From Firmicutes bacterium UBA5435 (lineage in GTDB: Bacteria; Bacillota; UBA5435), in contig DIRN01000045.1 in assembly GCA_002426645.1 (NCBI GenBank), positions 16,983-80,982 of the forward strand: a stretch of DNA of 64,000 nucleotides. The letters run 5' to 3'. Of this stretch, positions 36,780-47,409 are shown piece after piece. Numbering within the stretch: position 1 is the stretch's first letter; each line of letters opens with the position of its first letter. A model generated the notes under the pieces. That model did not search any database. It worked only from the letters and a program-made list of their open reading frames with translations, and was not told the DNA's origin. Both the position numbers and the translations under genes were made by a program.

Positions 36780-37577
36780 ATGGCTAGAATATTCAAAACC
36801 AAAGGTATGGAGGCAAACGAAAAACTATATTTTACAGGTAGCGTGCTTGGGACAATCTCCATAATAATAGGCATAGTACTATGGATATACGGTAAGACCC
36901 GTATCATGACATTTGAAGTTTTCTCTTTTATACCTTTGCTATGGTTTGGAATAGGGTTCATTATGGTAGTATTCTTCTCTTTAGGATATCATTTTCGCCC
37001 ATTCTCAAAGGATGCACAGGGAAAAATGGAAAAACTCTTTTCAAAGATACCTAATTCTTGCTATGTTATAAAGGACTTTGAGTTCATAGAAGAAAAAACT
37101 CAGGGAAAGAGCATTTGCATCGATTACCTTGTTATTAATCATAGTGGGATATTTATCATCAAAACTATCAGTACCTGTAAAGTAGTAGATGTGGCACATA
37201 GCAAAAGAGAATGGGAACGTAAGAAAACAAAAGGGTGCCATAATGTAGAAAAGAAGGATCTTTGCAGTCTTACATACGAATACATGGGCTACAAGAAAGC
37301 ACTCCGTGCTTTCCTAATCAAATACAAACATAATATTCTCACATTTGCACCGGAAAAACTTCATTCCATACGTATAGAACCCTTTATAGTCATAACTGAC
37401 GATGATTATATGAAAGAAAACAGAGAACACTCAAAAAAGAGAGAGCTTGCTACTCCAGTCCTAACCCTTGAAGAATTTAGGGAAAGACTTTTAAAGAAGG
37501 AACCCCTCTCTTCCCTTTCTTCAAAAGAATCTCTTAATCTAGGTTGTTTTCTAAGGCGATGCGACTTTCTCCTATAG
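36780..37577 (+). CDS. Membrane-anchored NERD-domain protein
   Basis: Two N-terminal TM helices. IDYLVINHSGIFIIKT is a NERD-like core. Confidence 0.55.
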   Translation: MARIFKTKGMEANEKLYFTGSVLGTISIIIGIVLWIYGKTRIMTFEVFSFIPLLWFGIGFIMVVFFSLGYHFRPFSKDAQGKMEKLFSKIPNSCYVIKDFEFIEEKTQGKSICIDYLVINHSGIFIIKTISTCKVVDVAHSKREWERKKTKGCHNVEKKDLCSLTYEYMGYKKALRAFLIKYKHNILTFAPEKLHSIRIEPFIVITDDDYMKENREHSKKRELATPVLTLEEFRERLLKKEPLSSLSSKESLNLGCFLRRCDFLL

Positions 37578-37991
37578 TATTTCATTAAACACTTTACAAA
37601 AGCAGCGTTGGAGTTCCTGTAAATCTTCATATTTGCTAATTGCTTTTCTATAAGACCTATATCATCAAGAACAGATACTATACGTTATAGAAGGGGGATT
37701 CCCTCCCCCTTTAATTCCTACGGATAACTATTTTCGTCCAAGTGCTCATAGTGGTTTAAAATTAATCTAGAGCTATAGGAGACAAAGCAGGAGAATACAA
37801 AGCAATTATATAACCCATTGTCTTCTTACTCCGTCATACTTTTTATATAAAATCCCCTCTGATAAAGAAATATCAACATAGCTACTTCCAGGATCTATAA
37901 TCTACCTGCACATGCTAAAATAAAAGTGATTTAAAACCTATATAATGTGGCTTCACGTATAAAAAGCTTAAGACAACAAGATCTTTAACAT

Positions 37992-38039
37992 AGAGGGGAG
38001 TATGCTCTCTTCAATTATACATAGAACATACTCCCCTCT
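37992..38039. terminator. Long hairpin downstream of the MCP gene (possible terminator)
   Basis: 13-bp stem AGAGGGGAGTATG / CATACTCCCCTCT with a 22-nt loop. The U-tract on the minus strand is weak. Confidence 0.35.
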
Positions 38040-38056
38040 TTCAATAACTAAGATAT

Positions 38057-39655
38057 CTACATCTTAGCAATGGTCCGAACCTCATTTATAAATTCATCAC
38101 TAGAAGCAACAACTCCTTCCAGTTCTTTTGAAAGTTGTATAAAGGTTGAATTTGCCTCCTGGGTTTGAGCTGATATTTCCTCGGCAGCAGATGATATCTC
38201 CTCAGTAGAGGCTGAAACCTCTTGTGCGCTAGATGCCAGAATTTCTGCAGTACGAACTACTTGCTCTACATCTCCAACTAACTTATTTACAGCCTCAGAG
38301 ATGAGTTCGAAGACCTCTTTCACAGTATCACCAAAGACATCGTCATCACCAGATCCAGTTAAGATATCTTCAACTTCATCTGCTGCTACAGTAATACCAG
38401 TAATTATATCGCGTATCCTCACAGTAGCATTTCTACTTCCTTCTGCTAGCTTTCTCACCTCATCAGCTACTACTGCAAAGCCACGTCCATGTTCTCCGGC
38501 TCTAGCAGCCTCTATTGCTGCATTTAAAGCCAAGAGATTTGTTTGATCAGCTATATCTAAGATAACATCGGATATTTTAGTTATTTCTTTCATGCGATCC
38601 TGAAGCTCAGTTATGGAGCGAGCACTATCTTTAAGGATATCCTCCCCATCCTTTATTATTTTTACAGTATCCTCCAGCCTTCCATGTGCCTCATGACCTA
38701 GCGTCAAAAGTTCCTCAGATTGTCCAGCTAGTTCCTCCATAACCCTTGATATCTCTTGTATTGATCCAGTTATTTGACCCACAGATGCAGCTGACTCTGA
38801 GGCTCCTTTTGTTATTTCTTTCAAATTCATAGTTGTAGTTCCTAAACGTTTACTGAGTTCCTCACTATTTACATTAATACCTTGTAGTATCTTTCGAAAG
38901 CCTGAAACTAGCTCATTTATCGATTGAGCCAAAGCTCCTATTTCATCTTCAGAATTTATATGGATTGAGCCTGTAAGGGCACCTTGAGAAACTTTCTTTG
39001 TGAAACCATATAATCTTTGAATAGGCATAGCTACCTGCGACTGAGTGATAAAAAATCCAAAAACAGATAGAAAAATAGTCAGGATTGCTACGATTAGCTC
39101 TATAATTAATGTTCTTGCCTTCCTTTCCTGGATATTCTCTGCAAGAAGATTATTGACATTATCTATATCTAGTAGGACTTGCTCCCCAGCGTCAATTATA
39201 ACCTGCTCTTCAAGGGAGTTGAAGTTCTCCCATCCTTCTGTAACTAGTTTTGTGAGGAGCACCTTAAAAGTCTCCCAACTGGCATCTAAAGATTCTAATC
39301 CCTCGTTTACTTCAGGATCCTTCTGCGCTGGAATCTTCCATTCCTTGTGTCCAAACATTAATGCATTGATTACAAAGCCAAAGTCACTCATCTTAGCATC
39401 TAGAGAATTTATATCCACATCATCTATGTGCCCAATAGAAATTAAAAGTGTGCTTCTTGTCATTTCTTCAATTGATATTCGCTCTCGTGTAACTAAATTC
39501 ATTACACGTTCATCGCTATTAGCATATTGCAATAAAAGAAATACAATACTTCCAAGATTTAAGAGAATAAAGAGAGAGAATATGAGCCCTAACTTTACTC
39601 TAATATTCAAAAAGTTCACAGTTCGGTCTTGACTAGTTTCAGCAGTATTTACCAC
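38057..39655 (-). CDS. Methyl-accepting chemotaxis protein
   Basis: 532 aa. TM, sensor, TM, HAMP, then a highly conserved signalling domain ([38 protein letters not shown]). GTG start 7 nt after GGAGG. Confidence 0.85.
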   Translation of the reverse strand: MVNTAETSQDRTVNFLNIRVKLGLIFSLFILLNLGSIVFLLLQYANSDERVMNLVTRERISIEEMTRSTLLISIGHIDDVDINSLDAKMSDFGFVINALMFGHKEWKIPAQKDPEVNEGLESLDASWETFKVLLTKLVTEGWENFNSLEEQVIIDAGEQVLLDIDNVNNLLAENIQERKARTLIIELIVAILTIFLSVFGFFITQSQVAMPIQRLYGFTKKVSQGALTGSIHINSEDEIGALAQSINELVSGFRKILQGINVNSEELSKRLGTTTMNLKEITKGASESAASVGQITGSIQEISRVMEELAGQSEELLTLGHEAHGRLEDTVKIIKDGEDILKDSARSITELQDRMKEITKISDVILDIADQTNLLALNAAIEAARAGEHGRGFAVVADEVRKLAEGSRNATVRIRDIITGITVAADEVEDILTGSGDDDVFGDTVKEVFELISEAVNKLVGDVEQVVRTAEILASSAQEVSASTEEISSAAEEISAQTQEANSTFIQLSKELEGVVASSDEFINEVRTIAKM

Positions 39656-39676
39656 TTGTAGACCTCCTTTAGTCTT

Positions 39677-39720
39677 AAATAGAAAATTCCCATTCCCAAC
39701 TCAAAGCCTGGGAACGGGAA
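39677..39720 (-). terminator. Riboswitch expression-platform terminator
   Basis: UUCCCGUUCCCA-ggcuuugagu-UGGGAAUGGGAA followed by UUUUCUAUUU, immediately 5' of the MCP SD. Confidence 0.7.
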
Positions 39721-39754
39721 AATACGGAGCCGGAAAACAATCGTCTCCTCTGAT

Positions 39755-39845
39755 TCTCCGGCAACCGGCTATCATAGTTAGAGCACTAACTGTAGACCCA
39801 CGGCTTTGCGTCCTCACCTTTCGATGAGTTTGCCTTTATCGGATT
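39755..39845 (-). ncRNA. c-di-GMP-I (GEMM-I) riboswitch aptamer
   Basis: Minus strand: AAAGGCAAACUCAUCGAAAGGUGAGGACGCAAAGCCGUGGGUCUAC...AGCCGGUUGCC. This matches the GGCAAAC..GAAA..GGACGCAAAGCC..GGGUC core, and GGCAA/UUGCC closes P1. Confidence 0.75.
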
Positions 39846-39874
39846 TTAGGAAAAACAAGGAGTTAGTATTGGTA

Positions 39875-39906
39875 TATATTTCGACATAAAACTTTATTTT
39901 CCTTCA
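39875..39906 (-). promoter_or_regulatory. AGGA-N13-TGTCGAAATA motif upstream of the riboswitch
   Basis: Same motif and spacing as upstream of the OMP-like genes. It ends about 30 nt before the aptamer. Confidence 0.35.
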
Positions 39907-39940
39907 AAAAAAGAAAACTTTTATATTATTTTCCAAGAGT

Positions 39941-40750
39941 CTAATTATCAAGTTCTTCTCGAAAGCTCCTCACAAATTTAGAGATCTTATTCAAACTTTC
40001 CTTTTCGCCCTCACCAGAAGTAAGAGAGCTTTCCAGCATATCAACGATGGCGCTCCCTACTATAATGCCATCGGCTATTTTCCCAACATGTGAAGCCATC
40101 TCAGGAGTTGAGATTCCAAACCCTACACATAAAGGTTTATCAGTAAACCTTCTCACCTTGGCCATGAACTCTTCAAATCCTGAGCAAAGAGATTGTCGCG
40201 CCCCAGTAACTCCTGTGAGGGAAACACAATAGATAAAACCGCGCGAGTGTTCTGATATAAGTTTAAGCCTCTTTTCTGTACTAGTAGGCGCTACGAGGAA
40301 GATGGTATCAATACCTTCATTCCACGCAGCTTCCTCAAAGAAAGATGCCTCCTCTGGCGGCAAGTCAGGAACTATGATCCCATCTACACCAGAACATGAG
40401 GCGGACTTAGCAAAATTCTTGATACCATAATTATATATACAATTATAATATGCAAGGAATACTATTGGGATATCTAAGTATCCCCTTATATCAGCCACTA
40501 AATCAAAGAGATCCTGGATATTAGTCCCATTTGCAAGACTTCGCTGAGCAGCGCGCTGAAGAGTCGGACCATCAGCAACTGGATCAGAATAAGGTATACC
40601 TATCTCTATTATGTCACATCCGCTCTCAGCAAGCGACTCTATAAGACCCTTCGTCATCTCTAAGGAAGGATTTCCTCCAGTTATAAATGGTATTAACGCT
40701 TTCTTTCCGTTCCTTCTCAACTCGTTAAAAGTACAACTTATTCTGCTCAT
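39941..40750 (-). CDS. trpA: Tryptophan synthase alpha chain
   Basis: 269 aa. [23 protein letters not shown] and GFGIS motifs. Confidence 0.9.
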   Translation of the reverse strand: MSRISCTFNELRRNGKKALIPFITGGNPSLEMTKGLIESLAESGCDIIEIGIPYSDPVADGPTLQRAAQRSLANGTNIQDLFDLVADIRGYLDIPIVFLAYYNCIYNYGIKNFAKSASCSGVDGIIVPDLPPEEASFFEEAAWNEGIDTIFLVAPTSTEKRLKLISEHSRGFIYCVSLTGVTGARQSLCSGFEEFMAKVRRFTDKPLCVGFGISTPEMASHVGKIADGIIVGSAIVDMLESSLTSGEGEKESLNKISKFVRSFREELDN

Positions 40751-41940
40751 ATTTGAACCCCCAATACTTTCCCTACAGTATTTACATCCTTATCCCCTCG
40801 ACCAGAGAGATTCACCACTATTATCTCCTCTTTTCCTAAAGTTGGCGCCAATTTCTCCACATATGCCAAGGCATGAGCGCTCTCAAGGGCAGGCACTATT
40901 CCTTCTAAAAGAGAAAGATGCTCAAACGCGGCCAAAGCCTCATTATCAGTAATGCATACATAAGTAGCCCTATTTGTTTCTTTGAGATATGAATGTTCTG
41001 GCCCAACCCCTGGATAATCAAGACCCGCAGAGATTGAATGGGCTGGTATTATTTGACCATCAGAGTCCTGAAGCAGGTAGCTGAGAGCCCCATGGAGAAC
41101 TCCTTTAGAACCAGCATTGAGGGGAGCAGCATGTTTCCCAGTCTCTAAACCAAATCCAGCAGCCTCTACACCTATAAGTTTAACTGTAGTATCATTAACA
41201 AATGGATAGAAGAGTCCTGCGGCATTACTTCCTCCGCCTATACAAGCTACAAGATAATCTGGTAACCTGTGCTCAACAGCTATAATCTGTTCTTTTGTCT
41301 CTCTTCCTATCACAGACTGAAAGTTCCTTACCATCATTGGATAGGGATGGGGGCCAACCACTGAGCCAATAATATAATATGTATCCATGACATTAGTAAC
41401 CCAATCTCGCATAGCTTCATTTGTAGCGTCTTTCAAGGTCTTACTGCCAGAGGTGACAGATCTAACTTCGGCTCCAAGAAGGCGCATCCTAAAAACATTC
41501 AAAGATTGTCTTTGTATATCCTCTTCACCCATGTAAATGACGCATTTCAACCCAAACATAGCAGCAACAGTAGCAGTTGCCACTCCATGTTGCCCTGCTC
41601 CAGTCTCTGCTATTATCCTCTTCTTGCCCATCTTCTTAGCTAACAAGATCTGACCCAAAGTATTATTTATCTTATGGGCACCAGTATGATTAAGATCCTC
41701 CCTTTTGAGATAAACTTTAGCTCCACCTAACTCCTGAGAGAATCTTTTTGCGTAATAAAGTGGAGTAGGCCTTCCAGAGTATTCACGAAGAAGTCTCTCG
41801 AACTCCTCTATAAAATTAGGATCCTCTCTAATTTCCTCATAGGCCTCCTCTAACTCCTCAAGGGCTGGTATTATCGTCTCAGGTACGAACCGCCCTCCAA
41901 ACTCACCAAAATAACCTTTTCTATCGGGAATCATCTTCAC
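40747..41940 (-). CDS. trpB: Tryptophan synthase beta chain
   Basis: 397 aa. [11 protein letters not shown] (PLP Lys) and GGGSNAAG. Confidence 0.95.
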   Translation of the reverse strand: MKMIPDRKGYFGEFGGRFVPETIIPALEELEEAYEEIREDPNFIEEFERLLREYSGRPTPLYYAKRFSQELGGAKVYLKREDLNHTGAHKINNTLGQILLAKKMGKKRIIAETGAGQHGVATATVAAMFGLKCVIYMGEEDIQRQSLNVFRMRLLGAEVRSVTSGSKTLKDATNEAMRDWVTNVMDTYYIIGSVVGPHPYPMMVRNFQSVIGRETKEQIIAVEHRLPDYLVACIGGGSNAAGLFYPFVNDTTVKLIGVEAAGFGLETGKHAAPLNAGSKGVLHGALSYLLQDSDGQIIPAHSISAGLDYPGVGPEHSYLKETNRATYVCITDNEALAAFEHLSLLEGIVPALESAHALAYVEKLAPTLGKEEIIVVNLSGRGDKDVNTVGKVLGVQI

Positions 41941-42565
41941 TTCTCCTTACATTTAATATGAATTCAACTATCTTATTCTTATCTTTAATACCCTTTATTT
42001 CACTCTCCACTCCACTACTTACATCTACCCCATAGGGACTGAAAACTCTTATAGACTCTCTCACATTCTCTGGAGTAAGACCTCCAGCAAGTATAAGAGG
42101 GCCACAATCTTTAATGGAAAATGCCCGCTCCCAAGGGAATAGTTCACCTGTACCTCCTGGCTTGCCAGGCACATAAGTATCCAAAAGAATAGCATCTAAA
42201 GATCCCCTGTACTTCCCTACCTCCTCCCATAATCCATCTTCCTCTTCTCTCACAGCAAAGGCTTTAATGATCTTAAAAGTATTGAAGATCCTGCAATATT
42301 CTGGGGATTCATCTCCATGAAATTGTAGAGTATCTAGGCCTACATAACGAGATATTTCTTCGATCTTACGCGGCTCTTCATTAACAAAGACCCCTACTTT
42401 TGAGATAAATGGCGGAAGGATTTTTATTATACCTCTCGCTGACTCTAAATCAACCCTACGTGGACTAGGAGCAAAGATAAAGCCTAAAGCATCAGCTCCT
42501 GCTCGGACAGCACATAAGGCATCTTCTATATTAGTAAGACCACAGATCTTCACTTTTACCGCCAA
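41921..42565 (-). CDS. trpF: Phosphoribosylanthranilate isomerase
   Basis: 214 aa. [17 protein letters not shown] and [13 protein letters not shown] start after GGTGA. Confidence 0.85.
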   Translation of the reverse strand: MAVKVKICGLTNIEDALCAVRAGADALGFIFAPSPRRVDLESARGIIKILPPFISKVGVFVNEEPRKIEEISRYVGLDTLQFHGDESPEYCRIFNTFKIIKAFAVREEEDGLWEEVGKYRGSLDAILLDTYVPGKPGGTGELFPWERAFSIKDCGPLILAGGLTPENVRESIRVFSPYGVDVSSGVESEIKGIKDKNKIVEFILNVRRSEDDSR

Positions 42566-42597
42566 TTATCTCACCTCTTTAATTTAACATTTATGTA

Positions 42598-43398
42598 TCA
42601 TGAAAGCAAGAGTTCTCTAATTTTCTTAGCTGGTTCTTCTGCCTCCATTAGTGCGCTCCCTACTAAAATGTTATGTACACCTGCTGCAACCAATCTCTTT
42701 ACATCTTCATTTGAAGAAACTCCACTTTCACTCACAATTATTCTATCAGAAGGAACTTCTGGGGCCAACCTTAATGTAGTCTCAAGATTCACAGTAAAAG
42801 TGGCTAGGTCCCTATTATTTATGCCTATTATTTCAGCCCCCCCATCTAATGCTCTTTGTAAATCATCTTCACAATTGACTTCAACCAGGGCATCCATATT
42901 TAAGAGAGACGTAAGGTGCAAGAATTCTTTAAGCTGGTGGTCTCTGAGAATTCTTACTATCAGCAATACCGCATGGGCTCCTGAAAGAGCTGCTTCATAT
43001 ATTTGATACTCATCAATTATGAAATCCTTCCGAAGTATTGGTAAAGAAACGTTCTTCCTGATTTGGAGAAGATGGTCTAAAGAACCACCAAAGAATTTCT
43101 CATCTGTGAGAACTGAAAGGGCTGCTGCTCCATTTCGTTCATAAATAGAGGCGACCTTACATGGATCAAAGTTCTCTTTAATCAGACCACGTGATGGCGA
43201 ACGTCCTTTAATCTCAGCTATAATATTTATGCTCTCTGCCCTAGATATAGCCTCCTTAAATTTACCTAACCCTCTTTTAGCTTCCAAGAATTCAGGTGAA
43301 CATTTTTGAATAGCTTGCGCAAGAACTTCTATAGGGATGTTCGCCTTTCTTATACTTAATTCCTTCTCTTTGTGCTTAACTATTTTATGTAATATCAT
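42598..43398 (-). CDS. trpC: Indole-3-glycerol-phosphate synthase
   Basis: 266 aa. IIAEIKGRSPS, LRKDFIIDEYQI and ESGV. Confidence 0.9.
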   Translation of the reverse strand: MILHKIVKHKEKELSIRKANIPIEVLAQAIQKCSPEFLEAKRGLGKFKEAISRAESINIIAEIKGRSPSRGLIKENFDPCKVASIYERNGAAALSVLTDEKFFGGSLDHLLQIRKNVSLPILRKDFIIDEYQIYEAALSGAHAVLLIVRILRDHQLKEFLHLTSLLNMDALVEVNCEDDLQRALDGGAEIIGINNRDLATFTVNLETTLRLAPEVPSDRIIVSESGVSSNEDVKRLVAAGVHNILVGSALMEAEEPAKKIRELLLS

Positions 43399-43414
43399 GA
43401 TCCTTCTCCCCTTT

Positions 43415-44446
43415 TTATGCAGGTCGTTCTAGACATCTTTGAGTATACTCTCTCAAATCTTCTAATTTCTCCATAGCCTTTCCTGAATCTACGACCTGAG
43501 CTGCTATATCAATGCCATCTCTTAGAGTATCAGCGAGACCACCCATAACAATAGCAGCAGCAGAATTTAAAAGGACAATATCTCTTCTTGGTCCTGACTC
43601 ACCTGAAAGAATTCTCAAAGTTATATCCGCATTTTCTTGAGGAGAGCCACCTATTAGGTCATTTATAGAGCCACGTTCCAAGCCAAGATCCCCTGGGGAA
43701 ATTGCATAAGTTTCAACTCGGCCATCCCTAAGCTCTGAAATTTTCGTAGTGCCTGTAATGCTAATCTCATCTAAACCGTCATATCCGTGAACTACAAAAG
43801 CTCTCTCTACTCCCAATTTACCTAAAGCACTTGCTACTACCTCTGTTAGCCCTTCCTGATATACCCCTACAACTTGAGAGCGAGCCCCAGCTGGATTAGT
43901 CAAGGGGCCTAAGGCATTAAAAATGGTTCTAACTCCTATCTCTTTACGCGCCCCTGCTGCATGCATCATTGCCCTATGAAAAACAGGAGCAAAAAGAAAA
44001 CCAATACCGACTTTTTCTACACATACTTCAACGTTCTCAGGTCCTATATCTATAGCTATACCAAGGGATTCAAGTACATCTGCGCTACCACTTTTGCTTG
44101 ATACGGATCTATTGCCATGTTTAGCTACTCCTAGCCCAGCGCCAGCCACTACAAAAGCAGCTGTAGTAGATATATTAAAGGTATTAGCTCCATCACCGCC
44201 AGTACCGCATGTATCAATGAGCGTCTTTACCTTTGGCCTTATTTTGACTGCTTTATCCTTCATAACCTTAGCACAGCCAGTTATCTCCTCTACAGTCTCA
44301 CCTTTCATCTTTAACGCTGTCAAAAAACTTCCTATCTGAGCAGAGGTAGCTTCCCCACCCATGATAAGGTTCATGACATCTGTAGCCTCATTCTCAGTAA
44401 GATCAACATACCTCATTACCTTTTCGATAAATCTTCTCATCATCAT
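43415..44446 (-). CDS. trpD: Anthranilate phosphoribosyltransferase
   Basis: 343 aa. DTCGTGGDG, KHGNRSVSSKSGSADVLE and NPAG. Confidence 0.9.
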   Translation of the reverse strand: MMMRRFIEKVMRYVDLTENEATDVMNLIMGGEATSAQIGSFLTALKMKGETVEEITGCAKVMKDKAVKIRPKVKTLIDTCGTGGDGANTFNISTTAAFVVAGAGLGVAKHGNRSVSSKSGSADVLESLGIAIDIGPENVEVCVEKVGIGFLFAPVFHRAMMHAAGARKEIGVRTIFNALGPLTNPAGARSQVVGVYQEGLTEVVASALGKLGVERAFVVHGYDGLDEISITGTTKISELRDGRVETYAISPGDLGLERGSINDLIGGSPQENADITLRILSGESGPRRDIVLLNSAAAIVMGGLADTLRDGIDIAAQVVDSGKAMEKLEDLREYTQRCLERPA

Positions 44447-44468
44447 ATTCTTTTAATGCTTACCCAAT

Positions 44469-46007
44469 TTATGAACTTAAGTGGGTAAGCGATCCCCCTC
44501 CCTTCATCTTAAAAGTCTCATTAGCCATCTTTACCGCTTTTAAGAGGGCTTTAGCCTTATTAAGAACCTCAAAGTATTCTTTCTCAGGTACAGAATGGGC
44601 AACTATACCTGCTCCAGCCTGCACAAAGGCTCTATCTCCCTTTACCACTATTGTCCTTATTGCTATACACATATCCATATTTCCAGAGAAACTAAAGTAC
44701 CCGACTCCTCCAGCGTATGGACCACGACGGTCCAGCTCTAGTTCTTCAATTATCTCCATAGCTCTTATCTTAGGGGCACCAGATACTGTCCCAGCAGGGA
44801 AGGTTGCTCGCAATACATCAAAGGAATCTAAATTTCCCTTAAGCTTTCCTTTGATCTTTGAAACCATATGCATTACATGGGAATACTTCTCCACAGCCAT
44901 AAGTTCATTTACTTGCACATATTCACAAATACGTTCCAGATCATCTATCCCCAAATCTACCAACATCATGTGTTCAGCCTTTTCCTTTTCATCGTTTAAG
45001 AGCTCTCGCTCAAAGAGTTCATCTTCATAAGTGGTTTGGCCTCGCGGCCTAGTCCCTGCTATTGGATTAAGTTCAACTATATCATTCCCCACCTTAACAA
45101 GGACTTCAGGTGAAGAACCAACTAGTTTTATATGTTCAAAGTCCAGATAAAACATATATGGGGATGGATTTATTACCCTCAATGCCCTATAAAGATCAAA
45201 AGAATCGCTTTTCAACCTAGTCTCTAGTCTTTTTGATAGAACTACCTGAAAGACATCTCCATCAGCTATATACTTCTTGGCTTTATTTATCTTTTCTTCA
45301 AAGCCAGCCTTTACGCTACAACCAAGGTCATCATCTGCTAAAGAGTGGAGCCCATTTACCATATTAGGGAGGAATGATTCCTCGTGTACCATTTCCACCA
45401 GAGCATCCAGTCTCCTAATGGTCCTATCATATGCATCCCCTAGATCGTCCTTTACAGCTACATTGCATACTATCTTTAATTTATGGGTTACATGATCAAA
45501 GATAAAATATTCATGAACTATAAGGAATATAGAATCTGGAAGTTCCAGAGTATCTTGAGCCTTTTCAGGCAGTTTTTGAAAAGACCTAACCATATCATAG
45601 CTCATATAGCCTACTGCGCCCCCTGTAAAGCCTGGAAGCCCTTGAACCTTTACAAGAGAAAACCTCTCCAAAAAATCCTTAAGAGCACTTATAGGATCAT
45701 CTTCCTTCCCATTCCATTCAATCCCGCATTCTGTTATCTCCACATCTTTTCCCTTTGAGCTAAAGATAGCGTATGGTTTAATACCTATAAAAGAGTACCT
45801 ACCCATTCTTTCTCCGCTTTCAACGCTTTCTAGGAGAAAAGCATTAGGCCCTTGACGTACCTTCAAAAAGACAGAGACAGGGGTCTCCATATCAGCTATA
45901 ATCTCTGTAAATATGGGTATAAGTTTTATTGTAGGGGACTTACCACAGCCCTCTTGAGTAGCTAACTCAATAAAATCTGATCTTGTTAGTGAATACAATT
46001 CCATCAT
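44469..46007 (-). CDS. trpE: Anthranilate synthase component I
   Basis: LESVE..., PSPYMFYL and GGAVGY/GGVGYFSF motifs. The start is ambiguous (ATG at 46007 or 46004) and overlaps the end of aroF. Confidence 0.9.
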   Translation of the reverse strand: MMELYSLTRSDFIELATQEGCGKSPTIKLIPIFTEIIADMETPVSVFLKVRQGPNAFLLESVESGERMGRYSFIGIKPYAIFSSKGKDVEITECGIEWNGKEDDPISALKDFLERFSLVKVQGLPGFTGGAVGYMSYDMVRSFQKLPEKAQDTLELPDSIFLIVHEYFIFDHVTHKLKIVCNVAVKDDLGDAYDRTIRRLDALVEMVHEESFLPNMVNGLHSLADDDLGCSVKAGFEEKINKAKKYIADGDVFQVVLSKRLETRLKSDSFDLYRALRVINPSPYMFYLDFEHIKLVGSSPEVLVKVGNDIVELNPIAGTRPRGQTTYEDELFERELLNDEKEKAEHMMLVDLGIDDLERICEYVQVNELMAVEKYSHVMHMVSKIKGKLKGNLDSFDVLRATFPAGTVSGAPKIRAMEIIEELELDRRGPYAGGVGYFSFSGNMDMCIAIRTIVVKGDRAFVQAGAGIVAHSVPEKEYFEVLNKAKALLKAVKMANETFKMKGGGSLTHLSS

Positions 46008-46884
46008 CCCCTTTCGCTTTCTCCATAACTTCATTATTATATTCCTTCATAGCAAAAGTCATTGGTCTTATGGAACGAAGGAGCTCATTGAAGCCATTTG
46101 GTGTTAATGATTGCTCTCCATCTGATTGAGCTCTAACAGGATCAGGATGGACCTCTATCATTAATCCGTCAGCTCCAGCAGCAACAGCTGCCCTTGCTAC
46201 AGGCCCTACTAACTCTGCTCTACCTGTAGCATGACTAGGATCGGCGATTATAGGAAGATGAGTAACTCTTTTAATGATTGGTATGGCCGAAATATCAAGT
46301 GTATTTCGAGTATAGCTCTGATAGGTCCTGATCCCCCGTTCACAAAGGATCACATCAGAGGAGCCCTCACACATTATGTACTCTGCCGCCATAAGCCACT
46401 CCTCTAAAGTAGCAGCAAACCCTCTCTTAAGTAAGACAGGTTTTCTAGAACGCCCTATCTCCTGTAAAAGAGTAAAGTTTTGCATATTTCTAGAGCCAAC
46501 TTGAAGAATATCAACGTACTCTGATACTGTCTCTACATCGCCTGGTGATATAACTTCAGTGACTATAGGAAGTCCTGTAAACTCCCTTGCCTTTGCCAGT
46601 ATCTTAAGTCCTTGGATCTTTAACCCTTGAAAGCTATAAGGAGAGGTTCTAGGTTTAAATGCCCCTCCTCGTAAGATATGAGCTCCTCCTTCTTTAACAG
46701 CAAAAGCAGTCGCTACAAGCTGTTCCTCGTTCTCTACCGCACATGGCCCAGCTATGATCGTGAGATTAGCACCACCAATATACACATCTCCTACTTTTAC
46801 TACAGTAGTTCCCTTCTTATTCTCCTTCTTTGTAAGCCTTAGATCCTCTAGGTTTTTACAGTCCCCTCTCTGAGTTCTTATCAT
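45967..46884 (-). CDS. aroF: 3-deoxy-7-phosphoheptulonate (DAHP) synthase, type I-beta
   Basis: 305 aa. GPCAVE, LRGGAFKPRTSPYSFQG and DPSHATG motifs. Confidence 0.85.
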   Translation of the reverse strand: MIRTQRGDCKNLEDLRLTKKENKKGTTVVKVGDVYIGGANLTIIAGPCAVENEEQLVATAFAVKEGGAHILRGGAFKPRTSPYSFQGLKIQGLKILAKAREFTGLPIVTEVISPGDVETVSEYVDILQVGSRNMQNFTLLQEIGRSRKPVLLKRGFAATLEEWLMAAEYIMCEGSSDVILCERGIRTYQSYTRNTLDISAIPIIKRVTHLPIIADPSHATGRAELVGPVARAAVAAGADGLMIEVHPDPVRAQSDGEQSLTPNGFNELLRSIRPMTFAMKEYNNEVMEKAKGDDGIVFTNKIRFY

Positions 46885-46902
46885 TTTCTTCTCCCCCCCA
46901 TA

Positions 46903-46935
46903 TTTAAAAAGCCGAAACCACTATAAGTTTCGGCT
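46903..46935 (-). terminator. Second leader hairpin/terminator immediately 5' of the aroF SD
   Basis: AGCCGAAAC-uuauagug-GUUUCGGCU followed by UUUUAAAU, then GGGGGGGAGAAGAAA-AUG. Confidence 0.55.
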
Positions 46936-46955
46936 AAATATAAAGAAGCCTCTTT

Positions 46956-46991
46956 AAAAAATAAAACGACTAGGCGATATGTCCTAGTCGT
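46956..46991 (-). terminator. trp leader attenuator/terminator
   Basis: ACGACUAGG-acauaucg-CCUAGUCGU followed by UUUAUUUUUU. The 5' arm contains the last UAG of the triplet series. Confidence 0.6.
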
Positions 46992-46996
46992 ATAAA

Positions 46997-47069
46997 GACT
47001 CCTTTTTCTCATCTCGCCTCAACTCATCTAAAGCACCGTTCTTCCGGTGACTCCTCATCTCATCTCTCC
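46997..47069 (-). promoter_or_regulatory. TRAP-binding (G/U)AG triplet array in the trp leader
   Basis: GAG-au-GAG-au-GAG-GAG, then a 21-nt stretch containing the hairpin CACCG/CGGUG, then UAG-au-GAG-uu-GAG-gc-GAG-au-GAG-aaaaag-GAG. Confidence 0.6.
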
Positions 47070-47108
47070 ATATTCACTTTTGACACCTATAAGATCAAAG
47101 GCTTATAA

Positions 47109-47339
47109 CTATTCTCCACTCTTTATAATCCCATGCTTAGTGTATATCTCAGCTCTTCCTCGTATCTTCATAGCTGAGGTATGTTCTGTAAATTGTGCTA
47201 TCATAACCTCGCCCTTATCAAGTTTCTCAGTGTGATGAAACTTAGTGTCCCTTCCACGTGTCAAACCAATTATAGTTACTCCATTTTCAATTGCCTTTAT
47301 AGCTATATAATCTGCGATTGTATCTTCTTCGTTATTCAT
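47109..47339 (-). CDS. mtrB: trp RNA-binding attenuation protein (TRAP)
   Basis: [61 protein letters not shown] is closely parallel to B. subtilis MtrB. The ATG at 47339 has SD GGAGAG and gives a 76-aa product (75 aa in B. subtilis, as I recall it). Confidence 0.85.
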   Translation of the reverse strand: MNNEEDTIADYIAIKAIENGVTIIGLTRGRDTKFHHTEKLDKGEVMIAQFTEHTSAMKIRGRAEIYTKHGIIKSGE

Positions 47340-47409
47340 ATAACTCAACTCTCCTTTTAGAGACACCTTCTCACACCTACATTCTCAAAAACAACACTTC
47401 ACTGTTATT

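Noticed and set aside
37406-37630. 74-aa minus-strand ORF.
   Set aside because: It overlaps the 3' end of the NERD gene on the opposite strand and has no SD or domain.
46885-47108. T-box leader upstream of the trp operon.
   Set aside because: No T-box sequence (AAnnGGGUGGUACCGCG-like) is present. The (G/U)AG triplet array and the adjacent mtrB point to TRAP control instead.
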